A stretch of 64,000 nt of DNA from a virus. The notes beneath the pieces were generated by a model. The model had not been told where the DNA came from, searched no databases, and worked only from the letters and a program-made list of their open reading frames with translations. This document shows, piece after piece, positions 52,649 through 60,848 of the stretch. Where the stretch lies: positions 122,556-186,555 of IMG/VR virus record IMGVR_UViG_3300037042_006844; one strand, written 5' to 3'. Numbering within the stretch: position 1 is the stretch's first letter; every line of letters starts with the position of its first letter. The position numbers were made by a program, and so were the translations under genes.

Positions 52649-53212
52649 ATGGCTATACAAATACCATCACCAAAAGACCGCAATCTGATGTTCGCCGCGA
52701 ACGTCAATAATACCAGCATTGCTGAACTAACCAAAGCATTGATAGATATCAGCAACGACGACATTTATATCGGAAAGCTCTATGCCCTTCATGGACTGGC
52801 ATACACACCACAACCCATCAAAATTCACATCGATAGTTATGGCGGTCAAGTATATCAATGCCTTGGACTATTGAGCATAATGAAAAATTGCGCAACGCCG
52901 ATTCACACAATCGTTACTGGCTGCGCCATGAGTTGTGGATTTATGATCAGTATCAGTGGCCACAAACGGTTTGGACACAAACACTCCACGTTTATGTATC
53001 ATCAAATCAGCAGTCTCCAAGGCGGCAAACTCAAAGATTTGGAGGAAGATATTATTGAGGCAAAACGGTTGCAGCACATCATTGAACAGCACACGATGGA
53101 GCAAACCAAAATTTCTCAGATCAGACTGACCGAGAGCTATGAAAAGAAAGAAGATTGGTATATGAATGCCAAACAAGCACTCAAATTGGGAGTGATTGAC
53201 GACATTCTATGA
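52649..53212 (+). CDS. clpP: ClpP-family serine protease
   Basis: IHIDSYGGQV and the catalytic-Ser context GCAMSCGFMI, followed by MYHQ containing the catalytic His. Confidence 0.75.
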   Translation: MAIQIPSPKDRNLMFAANVNNTSIAELTKALIDISNDDIYIGKLYALHGLAYTPQPIKIHIDSYGGQVYQCLGLLSIMKNCATPIHTIVTGCAMSCGFMISISGHKRFGHKHSTFMYHQISSLQGGKLKDLEEDIIEAKRLQHIIEQHTMEQTKISQIRLTESYEKKEDWYMNAKQALKLGVIDDIL

Positions 53213-53374
53213 GACGGGAGCTACGCAAAGATATGTTTAATTGGTTGACATTGGAGTTTGGTCTTGAAAGAATACTATTAATAGTGATTACATCTTGCTT
53301 CGTTTTCGTTCCTTTGGGGATTTGGAAAATGATAGAGATCATAATCTGGCTATGGCACCACCACAACATTCACC

Positions 53375-53620
53375 TCACCGTCGGCTAAACACAGATGACC
53401 AAGCATTATTGCTACCTACATAATACTTACCATTAATTTTGTTCACTATTTTGTATATTCCGCTTATTTTCCCAGTATCGTCGCATGGATTTTTCGTTAA
53501 GCAGTTGTTTGTGTTTTTGATAATATCGTTTGCCTCTGTTGCGTTGTTGTTCAAGCAACTCTTCTCTGGTTCTATTGAGTTTTTTTCTTCCCATAATATT
53601 TTTTCGTTTGTTGTTGACAT
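53375..53620 (-). pseudogene. N-terminal GIY-YIG nuclease fragment, a homing-endonuclease remnant
   Basis: GIYKIVNKINGKYYVGS is the GIY-YIG motif. The ORF stops after about 80 aa with no downstream domain. Confidence 0.35.
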
Positions 53621-53680
53621 AGTGTGATGTAGCCTCTATACTATAAGTAGAATGTTGGAGAATAAAACGTCAAAGAATTT

Positions 53681-53926
53681 ATGTCTTGGTTTGTATATTT
53701 AGTGATAACTTCAAAAAACACATTGTATTGCGGTTATACTATCAACATTGAGAAACGTGTTGCCACGCACAATGCTGGTCGTGGTGCTAAATACACACAA
53801 AAGCGATTGCCTGTGAAACTGGTTTATTCAGAAGAATTCGCAACTAAAACCGAAGCGATGCAACGTGAATATGCCATTAAACAGATGAGTCGCAGTGAAA
53901 AATTGAAATTGATAAAAAACACATGA
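53681..53926 (+). CDS. small GIY-YIG nuclease-superfamily protein (YhbQ/UPF0213-like)
   Basis: WFVYLVITSKNTLYCGYTINIEKRVATHNAGRGAKYT…REYAIKQMSRSEKLKLI parallels E. coli YhbQ. Confidence 0.6.
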   Translation: MSWFVYLVITSKNTLYCGYTINIEKRVATHNAGRGAKYTQKRLPVKLVYSEEFATKTEAMQREYAIKQMSRSEKLKLIKNT

Positions 53927-54282
53927 ACCGATTTTTGTGCAGATGTAAAAATCTGGCAACGTGGCAATATATGCCATCTTCGAGCAATCCAGATTACGAC
54001 TATTTTTGCGAGCTTTGCGTTCCCCGTGGATGCAGTTGCAACAACCATCACATTGAGGATGGTGATAACATTGCCGAGGGAGATGTTTTTGAGCATCCAG
54101 AAGAAGATGGAAGCTGGAAATGGCTGATCGAAAATGTTGAATGGTGCTACATAGATTCACAAGGTAGAGAACTGCCTTGCATCGAATTCTGGCATGAACC
54201 GGAAGGGTTCGATGCCAATGAAGAAACCATCGAACATTACAAAAAGCACAATATCAAATACTTCACAACAGACGAAGAATAA
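53923..54282 (+). CDS. hypothetical Cys-rich protein
   Basis: 119-aa ORF. Confidence 0.4.
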   Translation: MNRFLCRCKNLATWQYMPSSSNPDYDYFCELCVPRGCSCNNHHIEDGDNIAEGDVFEHPEEDGSWKWLIENVEWCYIDSQGRELPCIEFWHEPEGFDANEETIEHYKKHNIKYFTTDEE

Positions 54283-54288
54283 TAATCT

Positions 54289-54894
54289 ATGCATACATCA
54301 ACACAAAAATTGATTAGATGGAGTGAGGAATTGGGAGTTGATCAACTAGCCAAAGTTGTGCTGGAATCTCCCAGATTCGACATTTGGAGTGGTAGCAGCA
54401 AACCAACGCAGCATCACTATGGCAAACATGGTTTGACCATTCATACACACGAAGTGGTCAACCTTTGTATGGAAATTCCACATACATTATGCGTTCAAGT
54501 CAACACAATCGAACTGTTTTTGTCTGCGGTGTTTCACGATTGCGGTAAAATGTTTGATTATAAACCAGCACGGGGAGATTTTGCTGGATCTATTGATTAC
54601 AATAATTGGGTCGGAACTGATCACAAACGGCTGATTCATCATGTTAGTCGATCAGCATTGATTTGGCAGACTGCATGGGACAATGCTGTATCAAACAACA
54701 TTTGTGACCGAGACCCAGAATTGGTGGATCGTGTATTGCACAACATATTGTCGCATCATGGTCAGCGTCAGTGGGGTAGTCCAGTGATGCCAAAAACCAA
54801 AGAAGCATGGCTTTTGCATTTGTGTGACGGCATCAGTGCTCGTATGAACGATGCCGATAAATGGGATTTTGTTGCAGATACACCGAAACTATAG
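54289..54894 (+). CDS. HD-domain phosphohydrolase
   Basis: His at IHTHE, HD motif at LSAVFHDCGK, downstream His and Asp at LSHHG and HLCD. Confidence 0.6.
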   Translation: MHTSTQKLIRWSEELGVDQLAKVVLESPRFDIWSGSSKPTQHHYGKHGLTIHTHEVVNLCMEIPHTLCVQVNTIELFLSAVFHDCGKMFDYKPARGDFAGSIDYNNWVGTDHKRLIHHVSRSALIWQTAWDNAVSNNICDRDPELVDRVLHNILSHHGQRQWGSPVMPKTKEAWLLHLCDGISARMNDADKWDFVADTPKL

Positions 54895-54917
54895 AATGTT
54901 TTGCCATATTTATAATC

Positions 54918-56084
54918 ATGGCAAATACAAACTATACTGATTTACTCTTCAAAGACAATTTTATTTCTTGGATCAACGCTATCGCTTCAAACGATAGCGA
55001 TGCAACCATTAAAACGGCTGCAAAAGAAATTTCCACCAACGTATCCACAGACACAGCGGTTGCTCCAAAACCATACTACAATGCGCTGTATAACAAATAT
55101 CAATTCAAAATTCTATCGACCAAAATAAATGGGGCGATTGGATCAGCACTGTATTCGTTCGTTGGGCAAAAACAAAAGCTGATCGGCACAATTCAAAAAA
55201 ATCCCGTTGTCAAAACGGTGACTCCTCCAACCCCAGTTCCTCCCGCACCCACTCCCACACCAGAAACAGTCTATACGTTTGGTGTGTTAGGCGACAGTGG
55301 TATGAGCGGGTTGTTGGAATACACAGAAGCAGTGGCTACACAAATTCAAAGCTACAATCCACAATGGGTTGTTCATGTTGGGGATTGCAATTACAGCAGC
55401 CCGGGATTGTTGTGGAACAATTTTTTGCAATATTGGCAACACGATTCTTTCTACGCCAGACACATGTATATAGCGTTTGGTAATCACGATCTGGATGTCG
55501 ATTACGGAGGGGCGATATTGACTGCTTTAGAATACACCACTGCTGCCGCGATTGGTCCTGAGAAACAAGATACGCATCTTCTGTGCTATGATTTTGTGCG
55601 TGGACCCGTTCATTTTTTCGTATTTAACACAGGCAACACAGCTTCTGGCGATCAAATGGATGAAGAAATTGACCCAAACATTCAACTGCAAGCTCAGATT
55701 GATGAACTTGAGCCATTGATGTTGGCATCCACATCTCCTTGGAAAGTGGTTGTGTGTCATAAACCTCCCTATACAAGTGAACAGGTGCATAGAGAGGGCG
55801 CAGCACCCATGCGCCTCGACTATGCTGCACTGGGAATTGATATAGTTCTCAGCGGTCACAGCCACGACTACGAGGTATACACCAACGGAGGCATTCAATA
55901 TTTTGTTCAAGGTTTGGGCGGAGCATCAAGACGTTGCGTGACCGAACCATTGGTTGAAGGTTATGTTACGGATTTCTGCCAAAATTGGGGTTATTCAATC
56001 TGTAATGTTACTTCAAAACACTTCACAATTGCCACGTTCGACATTGCTGGATACACCATCGACGTTCGCTCGTTCAGCAAATAA
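54918..56084 (+). CDS. calcineurin-like metallophosphoesterase (purple-acid-phosphatase-like)
   Basis: VHVGDCNY, FGNHDLD and GHSHDYE motifs. Likely start at MANTNYT; track ORF 54861..56084. Confidence 0.65.
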   Translation: MANTNYTDLLFKDNFISWINAIASNDSDATIKTAAKEISTNVSTDTAVAPKPYYNALYNKYQFKILSTKINGAIGSALYSFVGQKQKLIGTIQKNPVVKTVTPPTPVPPAPTPTPETVYTFGVLGDSGMSGLLEYTEAVATQIQSYNPQWVVHVGDCNYSSPGLLWNNFLQYWQHDSFYARHMYIAFGNHDLDVDYGGAILTALEYTTAAAIGPEKQDTHLLCYDFVRGPVHFFVFNTGNTASGDQMDEEIDPNIQLQAQIDELEPLMLASTSPWKVVVCHKPPYTSEQVHREGAAPMRLDYAALGIDIVLSGHSHDYEVYTNGGIQYFVQGLGGASRRCVTEPLVEGYVTDFCQNWGYSICNVTSKHFTIATFDIAGYTIDVRSFSK

Positions 56085-56104
56085 CACCAATATAACAAAC
56101 GAAA

Positions 56105-56148
56105 AACCGTCAGACGTATATGCACATCTGACGGTTTTGTTTTTTTAG
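56105..56148. terminator. bidirectional terminator
   Basis: AAAACCGTCAGA…TCTGACGGTTTTGTTTTTTT. Confidence 0.6.
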
Positions 56149-56160
56149 GGTTTGTGTTCT

Positions 56161-56376
56161 CTACTTAAACGGAACAGTCCATTTAGGTTTGTTGTTGGCA
56201 TCTTTGTTTGCGTCTGCCACTTTGTTGATAAACTGATCAACTTTTTGTTGACGCTGCGTTGCACGCCGATCCGCAATCTTTTTTGCTTCTTCGGCTTGCG
56301 CAACTGTCATACTTGGATTATTGGTGATGAGACCGCCAATTGGTTTGAGACTTACGATTCCTCCTGCTACGAACAT
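56161..56376 (-). CDS. hypothetical protein
   Basis: 71-aa ORF. Confidence 0.35.
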   Translation of the reverse strand: MFVAGGIVSLKPIGGLITNNPSMTVAQAEEAKKIADRRATQRQQKVDQFINKVADANKDANNKPKWTVPFK

Positions 56377-56414
56377 AATAGTGTATTCCTTTCGTTATAT
56401 ACTAATAAATAGTC

Positions 56415-56630
56415 TTATGGAATGTTTGCCAGTGCATTTTTTGCAATATTGTGGTTTGCATCCATTTGCTGTTCAATTTTAGAATACAGCCGGTCCCTAT
56501 AATATCCGCTACGATAGTGTTCCAAATTGAAAACCCGCATATCTTCATCACACATACATCGCATGTGAATATAGCTATATGTTATTTTGGTGGGCGTATT
56601 ACAGCACACACATCGAATGTCATTGTTCAT
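56415..56630 (-). CDS. hypothetical Cys-rich protein
   Basis: 71-aa ORF with CVCC…CMCDED. Confidence 0.35.
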   Translation of the reverse strand: MNNDIRCVCCNTPTKITYSYIHMRCMCDEDMRVFNLEHYRSGYYRDRLYSKIEQQMDANHNIAKNALANIP

Positions 56631-56719
56631 GTATATCTAAAATATCACACACTTATCAAAAAACAAGGGTTGTCACAATAATGTAACAACCCTTGTTGCG
56701 ATAATTTGTATGGATATTC

Positions 56720-57676
56720 CTATTTAATATCACCAATCCAATGAACCGTTACCATGTCGGTTGCATCATCATGGATACCATAATAATTGCAATGACTTAC
56801 ATCCAAGCAAAGGTTTTGTGTATAGCTTTTGGCAGTGGGCCTGCCATTATACAACCATACTGGTTTTCTTTGCGGCGTATGCCCAAAAACTTGGTTAATT
56901 CCCATAATTGGTCTGAACTCGCTAGAATCGCACCAAATGATTCCACCGAAAGGATGGTCGCCACCACGGCTATATCCAGCACACAGAATTTCCTCTCGCA
57001 CACCACCTCCAAATGCTACTTTCAATGCTTTGTCGCAAGTTGATCGTAACTGCTCTTTAAGGTCGAATTCCCGACGATAGAAATGCTCATGGAATCCAGC
57101 ATGAGTGCAAAGCCAACTGCCAACCCAAGTATGCAATGGTAGCTTTTCCCAATCGTTTTCAGTCATGATGGCATTAATAGCAAACTCTTTTGCTTGTTCA
57201 TAGCCACTGCATTTGTATGCACGGTGTGGCACGGCATAATGAATGTCGTGGTTGCCCATCAGATGAATTCGATTTGGTTGCTTCAGAGAATTCACCAACC
57301 AATCTGCGGTTTCGGCAGCATCGGCGGGGGTATCACCGAAGTCATCAAAATAGTCACCGAGAAAGACAACTGCATCAGCAGCCTCATGCTTGATTATTTT
57401 GTCAGCTTTTTCCCATTTCAAGTGAATATCTGGGATAATTAATGTTCGTTTACTCATCTTATAATGATAACACGGAACTTCCACGATGTCAACATCTGGC
57501 TCAGTATTTTTTGGCTTTTTTGGGCGACCCCAATCAATGCCGTCGTAGTTTTTGTTATACTGACTTTTCTTCACTGGACGGGGTTTGTCCCCCTTGCCCG
57601 CTTGTTTGTTGCTCATAAAGTTGCTGGTATCCGTCTTCAATGGCTGTAAAAAACTGTCCTTTGCGATACATTTCAA
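56720..57676 (-). CDS. Ser/Thr-phosphatase-like metallophosphoesterase (lambda PPase family)
   Basis: LIIPDIHLKW, VFLGDYFD and MGNHDIHY motifs. Possible true starts at MSNKQ (about 57616) or MSKRTL (about 57456). The track ORF overlaps 57555..57950. Confidence 0.6.
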   Translation of the reverse strand: MKCIAKDSFLQPLKTDTSNFMSNKQAGKGDKPRPVKKSQYNKNYDGIDWGRPKKPKNTEPDVDIVEVPCYHYKMSKRTLIIPDIHLKWEKADKIIKHEAADAVVFLGDYFDDFGDTPADAAETADWLVNSLKQPNRIHLMGNHDIHYAVPHRAYKCSGYEQAKEFAINAIMTENDWEKLPLHTWVGSWLCTHAGFHEHFYRREFDLKEQLRSTCDKALKVAFGGGVREEILCAGYSRGGDHPFGGIIWCDSSEFRPIMGINQVFGHTPQRKPVWLYNGRPTAKSYTQNLCLDVSHCNYYGIHDDATDMVTVHWIGDIK

Positions 57677-57950
57677 AAGCTATTGCCGTATCGCTTTTGA
57701 GAAATTTCGGGTCGTTCGGAGGCCTGATCCAGAATCCTCCGTCAGCTTCCTTTTCATATACCACAAAAATGACATTGAATAGTCGTTCTTCCAATGCATC
57801 ATATAGTTCTTTGATAGGATTGTCAATATAGAAAATGTCTTTTTCGCTCCAGTGTCCATCTATGCGAGGACACACGCACATTCTATACTCACCTTCGATC
57901 AATACTTTGAATACAAAGGCATTCGGTTTTTTATTATTATTTTCGCTCAT
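57555..57950 (-). CDS. hypothetical protein
   Basis: 131-aa ORF. Confidence 0.45.
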   Translation of the reverse strand: MSENNNKKPNAFVFKVLIEGEYRMCVCPRIDGHWSEKDIFYIDNPIKELYDALEERLFNVIFVVYEKEADGGFWIRPPNDPKFLKSDTAIAFEMYRKGQFFTAIEDGYQQLYEQQTSGQGGQTPSSEEKSV

Positions 57951-57959
57951 ATATTGTTA

Positions 57960-60659
57960 TCAATCTTCATCCCAAATTTTGATTTTGCTCCAGCTAGAGT
58001 CCTTGAAATAAATATCGGGTTCACCAAAATGATCCAGTGCTGCTTGCACAACATTACCACTGCCCCAATAGTTTCCAGTTATGAATCCTTCTGGACGAAT
58101 TTTTGGCAGCCATTGGGCAAGCAAACGCCAGTTATACTGATAGCTTTTGTATTCATTGAGATAAATCAGATCGATACTCCCTGGTTCAAACCGATCAGCA
58201 GCTTCCATTGCATCAACATCTTCAATGACTTTGACGCACGGATATGATGCTGTGCGCAGATTAAAATTGTGCCGCACATCATCCAACGCAATGCTTTTTG
58301 GCCAGCTATCATCAATTTTATCAAATTGATCTACGACCCACAGTTCTTCTGGTTGTAGATACTTTGCGAGCAACGATGTGGCTTCGCCTTGATAACAGTT
58401 GATTTCGACGATGCGTTTGATTTTGAAATTGCGCTCGGTTTGATTTTTGTTGACGTAATTACAGAAATCGATGAACCCTGTGAGATATATTTTGGCTGGG
58501 TTATCCAACATGCTCAAAAATTTGATATCACTATCGGTGGCAAAAAACTGCTCTTGAACACCTATGCCAATGCGGCTGTTTTGAATCATGCGCAATTTGT
58601 TTTTATTGCTTTGCATTCGCTTTTTGTTGATCCGCTTGACCCAACTACCATCTTCAAAATGGGCATCGATATTGCTCACCGTATCGGTGATAGTTTTGAC
58701 CACACTGTCGCTACCCCATTCTCCGCCACCAATCACGCCGCCATCGCGTAATTTGGGCAGATACAAATCCAACAACTGCTTGATCATGCTGGCTGAGTTA
58801 TTGGTTCCGATGTAAATGAAATCCAAACTGCCGTCCGCAAACTGTTTTGCCGCACCCACGATATCTGTGTCGTAGTGTCTAATACATGGATACTGCTTGG
58901 AACGCAGAAAAAAGTTGTGCTTTACATCATCCCATTTATGTTTGAAAATAGTTTCGTCGTCGTTAACAACGTCACCGCTGATGCGGCTTTCAAACGACTC
59001 GACTGCATGTAAACTCGTTGGATTGAATTTATGCGCAAAAATAGTGGTCAATTCTCCTTGGAAACTATTGAGTTCCAATATATTTTTGACTGGGGTTTTG
59101 CTGCTAACATAGTCGCACAAATCCAAGGCACCTTGAAGCGGGGCAGGCACAAAATATGGTGTGTCGAGAATGAAATCAATGCTTTGCTGGCTTACATAAA
59201 ATTGGTTGCTCACGCCTTGATCTGTTGCGGGAACTCCCAGACGAAACTTTTTAACTGACGTAATCAGTGGTATTGTTGCCATATGTTTTGTATAATAATC
59301 TGTATTATTAGATTCTGTTGGTTCTGTTAATTTTGTTGATCTTATTCTGGCTGAGTGAGTGATCCAAGTTGAATCTGAAAAGAAAACATCGGGTTCTCCA
59401 ATAGTCTCTAAACATGCATTGACCACCTCACCATTACCCCAACCAATCCCGGCAATAATGCCATTCTTTTTAAGTTTTGGTAATGCCCGTGCGATAAGCG
59501 ATTTCAAATAATCTTTATTGCTGTGCTCGTTGATGTAAACCAAATCAATACTATCATCCGCAAACAGGTCTGTCAACACAGTTTCGGGACTAAATTTGAG
59601 GGGCTTGACGCACGGATACGGTTTGATTCTGAATTTGAAATTCGATTCGACCTTTTGCATGTCCAAAGCCGACTGGGAAATTTTCGGCTGTTTGTCGAAC
59701 TTTTCAACGGCATACAAACTGGTTGGAGCTAGATATTTTGCAAACAGTTCAGTGGTCTCACCTTGATAGCAATTGATCTCCACAACGGTGTCCAGTTTTT
59801 GACCTTTTAGATGGTCAAAAAAACTTAAAATTGCTTTGGTTTGATCGGTCTGGTCGTTTTCCAACAACCAAGCAATATCATCGTCGCAAGCAGTAAACGA
59901 CTTGGATATGCTTACTCCCAATCGGGTATTTGGAAGAACATACAGACCCGCATTGCGTTTGATACGAGGCGTTACTTTTACCAACCAACTACTATCATCA
60001 AAATGTATATCGACATCGCCAAACGCTTCAATGATGGCTTTGGTCACTCCACCCTTGCCGAGATCGTGACCGCCCATGTAACCACCCAATTTAATTTTTG
60101 GTAGATATGTGTTGATGTCTCGTATCACGCCTTCATAAGTATGATCTCCGTCAATATACACAAAATCCAAACTGTTGTCCGCAAACATATCAACAGTGTC
60201 ATAGCTGAATTTTTTGATATGTCTGACACATTCAAACGGCTCGGTTCGTAATTTGAAATTGTAGCTGACATCGTCAAAATTTGCAAATGAGCTATCATCG
60301 TTCGCATCATATCCATTCACAAACGGATCGATGGCATACAAATCTTTTGGATTGAACTGCATTGCGAATAAACTGGTGCTTTCACCTTGATAGCTTCCGA
60401 TCTCCACCATTCGTTCAACGGTAGTATCATTTTTTACATGATCAATACATGCAAGAAGTCCACGCAGCCAGTTATTTTGAAATAACTCGTCGTGATTCAA
60501 GATATACTCAATGTTTTCCTTGGTGGCAAAAAATTGCCTACCACCGAGACCGGTGCCCAATCGCATACAAGGCAATGTTGTGCGTAACAATGAGTTATCC
60601 ATAACGTATTTTTTTAGTCTTTCAAGTATTGCAAATTTTTGGTGAAACACTGAAAGCAT
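57960..60659 (-). CDS. 899-aa protein made of four tandem TylF/CmcI-type methyltransferase-like domains
   Basis: Four repeats of about 200 aa, each with a G(S/E)(Y/F)QGE…(L/I)D(F/L)(V/I)Y(I/L)…G-rich…D(S/G)(S/T)W block. Only one domain keeps the catalytic DGDH signature (LDFVYIDGDH); the others read INEHS, IGTNNS and LNEYKS. Confidence 0.7.
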   Translation of the reverse strand: MLSVFHQKFAILERLKKYVMDNSLLRTTLPCMRLGTGLGGRQFFATKENIEYILNHDELFQNNWLRGLLACIDHVKNDTTVERMVEIGSYQGESTSLFAMQFNPKDLYAIDPFVNGYDANDDSSFANFDDVSYNFKLRTEPFECVRHIKKFSYDTVDMFADNSLDFVYIDGDHTYEGVIRDINTYLPKIKLGGYMGGHDLGKGGVTKAIIEAFGDVDIHFDDSSWLVKVTPRIKRNAGLYVLPNTRLGVSISKSFTACDDDIAWLLENDQTDQTKAILSFFDHLKGQKLDTVVEINCYQGETTELFAKYLAPTSLYAVEKFDKQPKISQSALDMQKVESNFKFRIKPYPCVKPLKFSPETVLTDLFADDSIDLVYINEHSNKDYLKSLIARALPKLKKNGIIAGIGWGNGEVVNACLETIGEPDVFFSDSTWITHSARIRSTKLTEPTESNNTDYYTKHMATIPLITSVKKFRLGVPATDQGVSNQFYVSQQSIDFILDTPYFVPAPLQGALDLCDYVSSKTPVKNILELNSFQGELTTIFAHKFNPTSLHAVESFESRISGDVVNDDETIFKHKWDDVKHNFFLRSKQYPCIRHYDTDIVGAAKQFADGSLDFIYIGTNNSASMIKQLLDLYLPKLRDGGVIGGGEWGSDSVVKTITDTVSNIDAHFEDGSWVKRINKKRMQSNKNKLRMIQNSRIGIGVQEQFFATDSDIKFLSMLDNPAKIYLTGFIDFCNYVNKNQTERNFKIKRIVEINCYQGEATSLLAKYLQPEELWVVDQFDKIDDSWPKSIALDDVRHNFNLRTASYPCVKVIEDVDAMEAADRFEPGSIDLIYLNEYKSYQYNWRLLAQWLPKIRPEGFITGNYWGSGNVVQAALDHFGEPDIYFKDSSWSKIKIWDED

Positions 60660-60848
60660 AATTGCCCAGCACCTTCCACATAATGGTTGCGAAACTCAAT
60701 GTGCAATGCTTTTGGAACACTCGTTTTTTTATTGCATAGAATGCAACGTTCAAACTGAGAGTCTTTTTCAGACTCGACGGGAACATTGCCAGCAATGATG
60801 GCTTTCTGTGGAACATTATTATTCATGTATTTGACCTATAACTATTTG

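Noticed and set aside
60614-60826. 70-aa minus-strand Zn-ribbon-like ORF between the methyltransferase protein and the TnpB 3' end
   Set aside because: It overlaps the predicted IS right end and omega-RNA region, and the coding evidence is weak.
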